This document shows positions 26,343 through 38,155 of a DNA stretch of 64,000 bases, piece after piece; position 1 is the first letter of the stretch; the number at the start of each line of letters is the position of its first letter. Location of the stretch: positions 11,650,716-11,714,715 of the forward strand of contig CP154954.1 in NCBI GenBank assembly GCA_039621445.1, written 5' to 3'. A program made the position numbers and the translations under genes. Under the pieces are notes generated by a model. That model made no database searches. It was not told the origin of the DNA and worked only from the letters and a program-made list of their open reading frames with translations. This stretch comes from Euglena gracilis (Eukaryota).

Positions 26343-29300
26343 CTCTCCACCAAATCGTAGCATGTGATGACAGGGACAATGGTGATGCCCTGGGCCTTCG
26401 CCTGGCGGGCAACGGCGGCGGCGAGGCGGTAGGCGAACGCGGCGCCGAAGGCGTGGACGTACACCACGGCGTCCACCTTCAGAGGCACTTGCGGCACCAC
26501 GTACGCGTCGTACCTGGGGGAGGGAGGCAAACCCATTGCGGCACGCCGGCCGCGAACGGAACAGCTGCGGCACGGTGCGAGACGAGTGCGACGTGCTATC
26601 CGCGCGTTTCCGCAACTGACGAATGCCGGTCTGGATGTCCAGCGTCTTGTCGTTTGCGTGTCTTTAACAATTCACACCACACACCATTTGGGATTGTTCA
26701 TACTGTGATTGGGCTTGAACTTCCCCCTCCCAACAAATCATCGGTGGCACGCTTCTGTTCATCGGTCACATTTTGTTTTCCAGGCTGAGGATGGCGTGAA
26801 CAACTTGGCCACCGCCCCTTTTTTGTTTAATGAGTTATTCCTGTGTCAGGATGTTTGAAGGCAAATCCTTGTTATAAGTGGCACACATCATTGTGTGCAA
26901 TTTTGATGACTGTTGTGGGGAAACAAAACTTTTTTGGGTGGCCTCCAAATGCGTTCGCTACCTTATTCGAATTTGTTTGTGTACCATCCAAATTTCCCGA
27001 AATTGTCATTTTTCCCAACATGAAACACTTCTGCGAAAAATTGTATCATCCATCCAAAAAAAAAACACCAACATGTTTTGCCCTCCTCCCGCGGGGCTAA
27101 TAATGGGGGGGGTGGCTTGTTGTTTGGGGACAAAACCAGGAAATTGGGCGGCTAAATACTTATGTATCTACTATATATGTATGTATATATATATATATAT
27201 ATATCTATATCTATATCTATATCTATATCTATATCTATATCTATATGTATACTATGTATACTATGTATACTATATATGTATGTATATATACTTCCATGAA
27301 ATCAACTGTAAATTTGACCATTTATCACAGCCAGTGTGTCTTCGTCTTGCAATTACACATAAAATATCTACCGTGCCAGACTGTCATAGTTGAAATGCAC
27401 CAGCCAAATCATGGTTGAAATGCAGCAACTGGCCAGGCTCGGCAACGCCGAATGCACAGCCCGGCCAAACAGCAGCATGGCCGGCATCGGCCAGGCCCTT
27501 GGTGTCGAACAGGTTGAGCGGGGCGGCGCCCTCCTGGCAGAGCAGGTCGCACAGCGCGTACCGGACCGTCTTGGAGGCGTCCCCGGCGCCCTGGAGAAGG
27601 AAGTCCACGAGGCACCTGGCCGAGATTTGCCACGTCGAAGCGCCGAAACAGAGCGACGTGGGGTGTTGCCTGCCCCACACCCGGAGAACCCGGAGAAACC
27701 ATCACCTGAGAAGTCAGCCAGTGGCAACAAGCCGGGGTGCCAAAAAACTCCCGCAGAGCCCTGGTGGAGACCAGTTTTGTGACCCGGGGGGTGAGCACCT
27801 ATCCACCAAGCCCGGGAGCACAGAGAGGCCAGCCCGCCAAAAAAAATGGGGTCATCTGGAGGCGTTTCCCAAAAAAATGTTCGGTGATTTGTGTGAAACC
27901 CATACCTCGGGCCCCGGGGGGTCTAGCCCCAGATGCCCCTCCACCAATTGGCACCACCAAGAAAAGCCCCAAATAGCCCCGCTACGGAAAACCTCTTTCC
28001 AACCACATCTTACACTACCGACTAGTGTCAATTGTTTTCATTTGTCACCTGGACCCCCTGTCACGTTGGAAAGTCCAAACCAGGATTCTTTTTGACCCCC
28101 CCCCGGGAAGACCCGGGGGGGGGGACTGAGTTGGGGCACACAGTGTTGTATATTGTTTGGGAGGGCTTGATTCCTGGAAATAATCCCATACTGTTCAAAA
28201 TTTTCAAATTCTGCTCGCGAATTTTGGCCTATGCCGTAATGGACAGGAGTCATCATTTGTCTCAAAAAAGGCAGCACACGAGTATAATTGAACTGTTCAA
28301 TAATGGTTCAGATCTTTTTAAACTATGTACTCTGATCAGATTGCACTGTTGACTGAACAACACAGCTGTGGCTTGCGTGCACGCATGCGTGCATGCGTGC
28401 GCGCAGGTGTGTCTCAAGGCTGGACAAGGAGGGGCGCCACCTCGTCACATAATCGGGCAGAGCTGCCAGTGAGAGTCTGGTAAATACTATTGATGAGGCT
28501 GGACTTGCCATTGCCTTGCCGGCCGAACAGCACACAATTCACCTGCGGGGATGGTTGCCTTGGAGTGGTTTTGAACAGCTTGGCTGGGAAATTTCGACAG
28601 CAGTTGTTGTGGCTCCCTTGCCAGTACGGACAGTTCACTCAAATAAAAGGCCAATTGAAACAGAAAAAAAACAGGGAACAAAATGAGCACCCGTTCAGAA
28701 CGAAAGAGAGGGGTGGGGAAGCCACAAAGAGTCGCACAGCGCTGTGCACCTGTCTGGTGGAGCTTTTGGGGAAGGCCTGTTTCAAGCGATCGAGGCTGCG
28801 CTGCAGTCGATCCTTGTCCAGCTGGTGGGAGGGTCCCGGCCAGGCTGTTTTTTTACCAACCTCGGGGGGGGGGTCCGGAGTGCCTGTGAGTGCCTGCCCA
28901 GGCAGGCACCCCCCCCCCCCCGAGGTGGGGTCGGCACCTGACTAAACTACAGCCTGGCCCCGGCTCGGCTGGGCCGGCCATGCAACTCGGCCGGGCCCCC
29001 CCTGCAAAGGGAGGTCCGGACTGCCCCTCCCAGGCGTCTGGTCACCAACCCCAAGGTGGAGGGGTGGGGTGGGGTGGGGTGCCTGCTCATAACAGGCCCC
29101 CCTAACATAACAGGCCCCTCTAACATAACAGGCCCCTCTAACATAACACTAAGGCTTCTTTTCTGTTTATGGCCGGGGCTAACTTCTCTGGCGGCCCAGC
29201 TTGCTGTGTGGTGAGTGGCCAGGCCCCCCCTACCCCCCCCCGGGCAGGCACCCCCCCCCCCCCGGGGGGTTCAAAAGCCGGCCGATTCAGCCCATTGATC

Positions 29301-32300
29301 CTTGCCCATGGCCATTGCCGGCACTCAAGGGGATGCTACACATATCCACCTACCGCAAAACCCGACCCCATGTGTCTTCCGACCCCTCCCCCTGTTGGCC
29401 CATACCCCCCCTGGGGAAGGGAGGTGCGAACTTCCTGGCCCCAGCACAGTTTCAGAGAGCCCCGAGGGCTTCTGCCAGGAGTTTTTTAAGACCGGGGTGG
29501 AGCGGGTTCCGACCCCCCCCCACCCCCCACCCCCCCCCGGTGGGGGCCCCCCAGGGGGGCCAGGGACACTGAATTTTCCCCGAAAATGGCCAAAAAATCG
29601 CATAAATGCTAAAAATAGCACTGTTTTCAAAAAATTTCGGCGCCTTTGGTGCCGAAAAGTATAACCCACTCCCCCCTGGGGGGAATCCCCCCGGGGGGGG
29701 GGGGGGGGGGCTCGGCCGGACCCATCCACCCTCCCCCCTCTCCCCCCCAGGGGTCCACGACTAAAAAAAAACACCTGGCTTCTGCATGCCTGCAACAGCA
29801 GCATTTATCCAATTTTGAGATGGGGTCCTGTGGTCCTCACCAGTTGGTGAATCCCGGCCGTGCCAACGTCGATGCCTCGCTCAGGGGGGTCCCGCCCCGA
29901 CCTCCCGGGTGGCCACGCGCTCCGCGGGCGGCGCGGGGGCGGCCGCCCCGACCCGTGGGTACTCCACGGTGGTGTTCAGGTCTGTCGGCAGCGTACAGTC
30001 CAGGCCTGCAACAATACCGAAACACACTCAACACACAACACAACACAATACAACACAACACAACACAACACAACACAAACACGCAACACGCAACACACAC
30101 AACATATATTTTTGTTGGGGTGGCATACCTTTGTGTGTACACATGGTTACGTGTTATGTGTCCATGCACACACACACAACACATGAAAAAATACACAAAC
30201 ACACATATATTGGAGGGGGCATGCAATCGGGGCCACATCGAATGCAAAGAACGGGCACACTGTCAGTCAGAGTAAGCTCCTCGCCCGTGTGGCCCTCGCG
30301 CAAATCGACGGCGACCTGCCGGTAGGGGCGGCGGGGCGGTGGGGGGCTGACGTGCACCGGCACAAAGGTGGTCCGCTGCAGCGTGGCGCATGGCAGCGCT
30401 GCCAGAGGCAGGCCACCGGCACAGACAGCGCGAGGTCAGGAGTCCCATGCACGTGAAACTTGGAAACAAAAAACATCGACTGCTCTTTTTTCCAGCATGC
30501 CGAAAAGGGAGGGCAGGCAATGCAAAAAAAAACAACTTTGTGGACTGGGAGTAAAAAGTTAAAAATCAGGTGAGCTGTGTGAAGTACGCCATTCACCACC
30601 TCAGGATGAAGCCCAAAAGCCTGGTTCAAATTTTGATTAGATCTTCACAGCCGAAAGGAGACGAGAACACTCACTGGCGTCACTGGGCTTTATTCTAGCA
30701 CACTATTTCACAATAACCCACTCAAAATTCCACAAAACGGGATGAGGAGCCTGTAAATGTGCGTCCAGCATTCAGAGCACAAGTTCACTTGGCATGTATT
30801 CACTTCTATTCACTTGCTGCCCAGGGGGTTTTCCATCTGGTGACCCAGGGAGGCGGCACCTGGACTCATCCACCCTAAAACATTCAAAAAACATTATTGC
30901 CCCGATCACCAGCAAGCTGGACCAGGGGAGTGGGAATCCGACAACCCAAACGCACCCACTCACGCTCAAAACCCCGCCCACACAGAGACTGGGTCCGTGG
31001 CTTGGCGACCATGTGGAAGCATCTGTGGGCCGAGGGTCTGCCCTGCGCGTGGTCAGCGTCGCGCTGTCGATGGTGGACGGCAGGTCGGTGAGGGTGGCCG
31101 CGTCCGCGGTCTTCCGCGCCGGGACCTCGGCCGCCGGGGGATGGCGAGGAGGGGAGAATGGCACGCCCGGGGGCAGGCTGCCCGGCACCGTTTCGCACTG
31201 GGGAACGTCGAGCTGACCTGAGGAGGGCGGCGAGGGGCAAATGCAGGAGTTTTGACTGTCCCCGGGTGACTGCTTGTTTGCTGTGTGGTATTTCTGGTAA
31301 AAGAGCATGAGAGCTCCAATGCTCCCAGTAAGTATTCCTTAACAAAATGTTGACTTTCCGTGAACTGCAGAATGCGCAAACTGCCTTTCTACTGTGTCTT
31401 GTCCCAATAATAGTCTTTGACCCAAACTGCCTTTATAGGTAGTTTCTCACGCCACTTGCAAAGAGAACAGGAGGAACATGTGGCACAGATGATATTGAAC
31501 TCGAAAAGTATGCCATCCTCTCATCCATGATACCAAGTGCTTCTCAGAACGCTCCTTGTCAGGGTTTGACAAAAACATTGTGGGGAAGGGTCTGGACTCC
31601 CTAATGCAGGGGTGGTCAGCCACATATAAAGCAATTTTTCGCCCAGGTGCACAACTTTTCAGTTTGAAAGAAATTGCCAAGAAATCAGTCAAAAAAACCA
31701 ACCTTGGGGCACAGAAAACTATCCACAAGAAGCAATGGAAGAAACTTCAAAATTGTGATGGAGCACAGGAAAGAGTGGTCTAGGGTCTGGCGGAGCCCCA
31801 ACCTGAACCCCAATCAGACACCTTACTCATGGAACCCTTGACCATACCGTTGCATAGCGACCTCCCAGGGGGAGGGGGGGTCACTTTCCACTCTGAAAAA
31901 ACCAGTCAATCCTTTTCCCAAAAACCAGTCAGTCACTTTACCCCCCCCCCCCGGGGGGATCGGCCATTCTTGAATGATGAGGAGGAGGCAATGAGCATTT
32001 GCCAAAAAGTCTCAAAAAATCCAAAAAAAATCCGGCGCCTTCAGCGCCAGGCCAGTCACTTTTTCTTTTTCGAGCCTACCCCACCCCCCCGGGGGGGGGG
32101 GGGTTCTTGGCCAGAAAACCAGTCAGTCACTCTGAAAAAAACCAGTCAGTCACCCCCCTTAGTTGCACGAAGGCTTCTTGTCTGTTTATGGCCGGCGCTA
32201 ACTTGGCTTCTGGCCCAGTTTGCTGTGTGGTGAGTGGCCAGGGACCCCTTACACCAGCACTCTTTTGTTGCTCCGCCTGGCCGGGTGAGTAACTCTGGTG

Positions 32301-32527
32301 TAATTCCAGCGCTGTAGGGGCATACACTCACCTTGTGTGGTTGGTGTGGTTCCCAGTCACCCCCCAGGGGGGTGGGGTGGGGTGGGACAGGTGTTAAGCA
32401 ATTGTATGCCCTTGACCCAGGACCCTGGCCCAACCACACCGATGGACTGCAGGACGGAGCCGTCGTCGTACCGGGTGGAGCACGAGGAGCTGGAGCTGAT
32501 GGAGAAGAGGTCCTCGTCCTCCTCCAT
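22750..32527 (-). CDS. IFI44-like P-loop GTPase domain protein with low-complexity N-terminus, multi-exon
   Basis: Exons 32527-32440, 31217-31049, from 30431, 28835-28750, 28542-28441 ([24 protein letters not shown] = Walker A/G1), from 27590 ([11 protein letters not shown]...NLFDTKGL = G2/G3), 26513-26343 (VDAVVYV...[12 protein letters not shown]4-like). GT-AG phases are compatible across the GTPase core. Family assigned by motif recognition, not by search. 3' end and possible upstream exons at ~34613-34800 are uncertain. Confidence 0.7.
25581..25693. repeat. 10-bp tandem repeat (gcatcgccct)n
   Basis: Two clusters here and a third at 23765-23794. Confidence 0.85.
28841..28956. mobile_element. 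116-bp family B MITE inside an exon = putative nonconventional intron 28836-28959
   Basis: TIR caggctgt/acagcctg; TSD gtcccggc/gccccggc (7/8); removal yields [36 protein letters not shown], in frame with the P-loop exon. Confidence 0.8.
29476..29777. mobile_element. Young family A MITE = putative nonconventional intron 29471-29780
   Basis: caggagttttttaag...aaaaaaaacacctg; exact 8-bp TSD gcttctgc (29468-29475, 29778-29785); lies 9 nt downstream (minus strand) of a TTGCAG acceptor. Confidence 0.8.
30432..31048 (-). other. Nonconventional intron retaining an 8-bp TSD
   Basis: Minus strand ACCAC|GCG-CAG...CTG-ACCTC|GCG; flanks cgcgaggt (30429-30436) / cgcgtggt (31046-31053) match 7/8; frame stays open on removal. 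Confidence 0.7.
31843..32408. mobile_element. hAT-like MITE, family D (CAT...ATG ends), inside a GT-AG intron
   Basis: cataccgttgcata / taagcaattgtatg; exact 8-bp TSD cccttgac (31835-31842, 32409-32416). Confidence 0.8.
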
Positions 32528-34321
32528 CGCGCCGAGGGCCCGGGGCTCCAGGGGCCTGCACAGCGAAGGACCGAGGGGGCGGAGCTTGGGCTGAATGAGA
32601 GGGCCCAGTGGGGATTCTCTCCCCCTGCAAACACACAAGCACACACAAGCACACACACGCACACACGCACACACACACACACCCACACACACACACACAC
32701 ACAGGCGCACACGCACGCACATGAACGCCCATACACACACACACACACACACCATGCTTGTGCTTGCCAACTGGGGGGAGGGGGGTGGGTGCTATAGGGT
32801 GCCTGCCCCTAGCAGGCACACCCCCCCCCCGGGGGGATAGGGGTCCGGGGGGGGGACCCAGAAAATTTTCATTGAAAATGGCCTTTTCCGGACCCCCGGC
32901 GCCAGGGTCGGAGGGGGGTGCCTGCTAGGGGCAGGCACCCCCCAAAACCCTACCCCCCGGGGTATCGGGGATCGGATCGGGTGCTATGGGATGCTTGCCT
33001 AGCACCCCCCCCGTGGGGTAGGCACCCGACTAAGCCCCGATATAGTTCTCAAAAAAAAATCATTTTTTTCACCACGCGAAAACTGTGGAATGATGTCACA
33101 CAAAAATAAGTGGAACGGAGGGTAGTCGCTCAGCCCCTCTAGTTGGTCTCCCTCACGAATGGGGACCTCATTTGGAGGGGCGGGGGCAGGTCGGCAGGGG
33201 GTGCGATTCTATTTGGTCCCCACCTGTGTAGTTTTTTTGTTGATTTCCTCCCCATCGAAAAGGGAGGTACGCTTGTCGTAGACCCCGCGCTTGTGGCGGT
33301 CCCGTTCTTCCAACTTTTCCCCTTCAAATTTCCACTTGCTGAGAAAGTGTCAAATTTTGAGAAGAATTTGTTAGATGACAGGTCATCGAGTACAGAGATA
33401 GATGCTGAGGCGGAAGTCCACTACCTAGCCCTTGAAAATGAGGTCCCTCATCTTTTTCGCTTTCAAAATCCGTTCTCGGTGAGAAAAAGTCGAAATTTCG
33501 ATAAAAATACAGAGAAAGGTGACAGGTTCTATGGTGATAGGTCGGTGAGGATTTTGCTGGAGGTATTTGTACCATTTTGGCCACCAAATTTGTGGAACCA
33601 ATCTTATCTCTCTTCCCCATCCACAACGATAGCAGCTGTCTTCGTCTCTTAGTCAACTCATTTGTCGGTTGCAGAAATTGGCGACTTCCGGAAAAGAAAA
33701 AAACAGCAGGGGAAATCCCATCTATCCAAACAGGTACCTTTTCAGTGTGCACACTTAATGGGGCTCGGGAAGTCCTCCAGCAATGCTTTTTGAGGTGTCC
33801 GTGGAAAGTACAGCGTAGAGGCAGTCCTCTGCGGACATCTCTTTGAGACCATGGGGTTGCTGGGCTGGAGCTAGAGATTTGGGCTGGTTTGGCTCCCCAG
33901 GGGGGACGGGGAGGGTGGCGGCTGCTGGATGCTGGGCCAAAGGTAGGCTGGACTTCGGAATCCCACGTTGCACAAATGCCAAAAAAAAAAACCTCTTTCA
34001 AACACACAAACAACCATCTCAAAAAAAAGAACGCGCCAACACCAAGACCCCCAAACCACCATTTTTTGAAAAAATTCTCAGCCGCACTTTGCAGAGGGAG
34101 GGCTGGCCACTTGGGCTAACTTATGGGTCGTGGGTCCGACCCCCCACCTCCTGGGTGGATGACCCTCCCACCAGGCTTTCCCGTGCAGCCCAGGTGTTTC
34201 CCCCTGGGGGGGGGGGGACAACTGATGACAGTACCGAATTCAACCCGACCCAAGCAGAGACCCCCCAAGGGGGGGTGGCATTGATAATGGCAGGATTCCC
34301 GCACAGCCCTGGGGCCGCAAT

Positions 34322-34609
34322 CAGGGGCATTTTTAAGATGGTGGGGGTCCCCCCCCCACCCACCCCCTGGGGGGGGACCCAGGGGGGGTCCCAGGGGACC
34401 CACTCCATTTCCCCCGAAAATGGCCAAAAATCGCGAAAATGCCAAAAATAGCACCTTTTTCAAAAAAAATTTGGCGCCTTCGGCCTCGAAAGTATCCCAC
34501 CCCCCCTGGGGGGACCCCCCAGGCAGCCGGGGGGGGGGGGGGCTCGGCCGGACCCACCCACACTACCCCCCCCCTCCCCCCTGGGGTCCACGCCTAGGGG
34601 GAACCCCTG
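34322..34609. mobile_element. Family A MITE abutting a GC-rich exon-like block
   Basis: caggggc...acccctg; TSD gccgcaat/gccgcaac (7/8). Confidence 0.75.
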
Positions 34610-35106
34610 GCCGCAACAGAGAGGTCTGGCCTCCTGGGGGACCGGCGCCGCGGCGGGCGGCTCGCCGGGCGGTGGGGGGGGGTGGGGGGGCTGGGCCCCA
34701 GCGTTGGCGGCCGGCGCGGGACTGGGGGCCGCCCTGCAGTCGGCGGGGAAGAGGGCGGGCGGCATACGCGCAGGGCGGAAAACAGACGTCCGTGAAAGAG
34801 GGCAGAAGTCGACGGCCGGTTTGATCCAGCAGCCCCGTGCAATTGCCCCCCCCCTTCTGCACACAGGCGGGCAAGTATTACGAAGCCCATGGCCAACCCC
34901 AAAGGTGCACCACAGGATTACTACTATGTTAGAAGCGCCGAAATTTATTTGGACCCCCCCGAAACGCCAAAACTGCCCATTTTTGGCCATTTTTAGGGTT
35001 TTTAGACCAAAATCAGCCAAAAACACATTAAAACCTCATTTCCACCTCCGCGCACAGCACCGGAAGAAAATTTGTTCCAGTCGGGAGGACCCCCAACGCC
35101 CCCCCT

Positions 35107-35142
<36 letters not shown>

Positions 35143-35218
35143 CGCCAGTCCATTTTTTCCAGTGTCCAGCAAAATGGCTAGCTCATGGACCCCCGGGGTC
35201 CTTAAGCAATAGCCTGGT

Positions 35219-35356
<138 letters not shown>

Positions 35357-38155
35357 CCACCGGGACCCCAGCGGCGCCCAGCCTCCACGCGGCGGGAGGG
35401 GGACAACGTGCCGAAGGCACGGCCAACCGGGCAAAATTTCTGGGAGGAGGTGGACACCCCCACCTGAGCTTTTGCCCCCCCCACCAAACTCCTGATTTTC
35501 CCCCCCACTTTACCCTCCCTGGCTTCTGGCGAAGGACAGCCTGTTGGCTGGCACAGACTTATTGGCTGCATCCAACACCCCCATTTGACAAGGAACGTGG
35601 TCACTCCACCCTCCACGAGCCCAAACATCTGGAGGCAGCAGTCGTCACCTACGGCTGTGGGCCGCAGGGCAACACAGGCCACAAGGCAGAAGGCCTTCCA
35701 CCCCAACCCCTGACAGAGGCCACTGGCTCGAGAGCCAATGCCGGAGTGAAGACAACTCCACATGTGTTGGGTGTTGAACCCAGTGTTGGCACCCAAAGCA
35801 ACAGCGTATGCTGCACAAGTTGCTGGTGCGGACAGGATCGCCCTGTTCCCGGACCGGCACGCGCCGTGCCGGAATTTGTAAGGGTTGGTACCCAACCCTC
35901 AATAATAAGTAGAACCTGGGGGGTTTTTGACTTCCCTTTGATCTTCACGTCTGGCACGCATCTGACCAGAACGCCGACCTCACGAGGTACCCCCCCCCCT
36001 GGCCTCCCCCCAATCTCATACTAGCAATCCCCTCTGGCCCCCGCACCAAATGCGAGCGCCCTCCCCTGGAGGGATATCCCAGCAAGCCCATGTCCAAGCA
36101 GAGAGCCACCGGTACTAATCATCACAGGCCTACCCCGCCCCTCCCCGGTGTCCACTACTGGGTGAACCAGATCAGGTCGAGGGGCCTCCTCCTGAATTGT
36201 TGTGAAAAATAAGAGCGACACTCTCATAACCACCCTCAGCCTTAGCAATATTTTTTCACAACCCTCTGCCCCCCCCAATATCTAAGGGGGTGTGCTAGCC
36301 ACATAACCCCGCCTCCAACCCCTGTCAGACCTCCTGCTGCGGTGGACATGGTAGCCACCCTGACCCCTCACGGGGACCCCGTCCTGCACTTCTGCAAGTA
36401 CCCAAAACATCATGTCCCCCAGACGCAGCAGCTCCGCCTGGACCATCATCTCACAGGCGGAGGTGGCCAAACCCCATCTGGGCCGATTGATTGCAAGGTG
36501 ACCTATTGAACATTCCGGCCACAGGCGATTAACCGATCAAAATATTATCCCATGTTCCTCTCAGATTTTATTATTTATCGATTATACCGAATCAACAGGC
36601 CCATAAAGGATCATTTCAGCGGATGGGGTCTTGTTGTTTCTAAAATTTGACACCATTTTCACGTTTCAGCAACGTGTACATCAACCTCAGCTACTCTAAG
36701 AGACTCCGGCAGTTAGAAGATTATTCTGCATGTTTCTGACTGGCTAAAAATCCTTTCCTGATGATACCTCGAATTGGGTGGAACCTAGGTCATTGTAGCC
36801 AATGGTGTGGTGAGACAAAATAGCCATCTGGTGACCCATGCTCTCTGTGACTCATGATGTGTTTTCCCATTAATTATAATTTGAGTGCCCCGATTAACGT
36901 ATCGTGGGGTATGCCGGGCACATACTCCGTCTCCAGCACCTGCTCCCATTCTGGCTGTGGTGGACATGGTCGCCACCCTGACCCCTCACGGGGTCCCAGC
37001 CTTGCTCTTCTGCATGGATCCCGGACATCTAGATCCAGCAAACCCCACCAAACCCTTCCCATACAGGTGGCGGTACCCAATCCCCACCTGGTCCCGAATC
37101 ACCTGCTGATCGAGTTTAGTAGGGTGCATGAAGTGTGAGCCACACACCCACCCACCCACACACACACGCACACACACACACACACACACACACTTAATTT
37201 CTCTTAATGCACGAAAAGTTGTGGCACCACAACCACTGTGCCAACGGTAGGTTGGCAGTGTGCTATGTTGGCAGGGCTCTATTAATCACACCCGTGTCCC
37301 CAATCCCCTAGTCAGCAAGACATCCCAGGCTGCAAGGACAGCGACCTGGGGGGCTGGCAACACCCACAGAAAAGACGGGGGGACCTCTGAGCACCGAGTG
37401 ACCTTGGGCGACCACAACAAACCATGGGATGGTTGGAGAAGTCAAATTGCATCTGCCCGCCCAACCAGGGTCACCCCAACCCAGTAACACCGGGAAGCCA
37501 AACAAGTTGGGCAAGCGCGTCTTGTGGAGGAGAAAGAGGGGTGGTGTGGTATTTGAGCAGTTCTGTGTTCTAGTGGTAAAGGAGGAGGGAAAGTGTATTT
37601 CACTGGCTAAAATCGCGAGAGAGGGAGAGAGAGTGAGTGAGAGAGAAAGATACACCTTCCCAACAACCAACTCGACCACCAACCACCCGACAGGAAGGCC
37701 CAAGGGCGACAGAAGCGTCAGGAGCAAAGGCCGATGGGTCTTCTGAGATCAGCCCCAACTCCACCGGTCGGGGCGAACCGCACCGGGCAACCACGACCGC
37801 CACGCGGCCCAACAACCAGCTCCCCACCCTTCCCAATTTTCCATGTGAGAAAGAGAGAGAGAGAGAGCGTGAAGCTGGATGGTCATGTACGCAACCCCAG
37901 ACAGACCTGCGACACCCCAGTTACCCTAAAGGAACCATGTTTAGGGCAATGTTATATTAACTGTTAGGTGGTTTACACACCACCATGCTGAATAGGGTGT
38001 GCTACCCCCTCAGTCCTCCCCCCCGGTCAGCCTGCAGTGTGGGTGAGCTCCCAGGTGCGCAGCCCCTCGGATCATCAATACGCACTGCACCCAAAAATGC
38101 CCTCCCCAGGGAAACAACCCGCCTCCTTCCCTGAGACATCCTGACCTTATGGTTG

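Noticed and set aside
28420-28440. Nonconventional donor GTC-CAG after ...APLL in the P-loop exon
   Set aside because: The canonical GAG|GTGGCG donor pairs with a clean CTCCAG acceptor and gives better G1-G2 spacing
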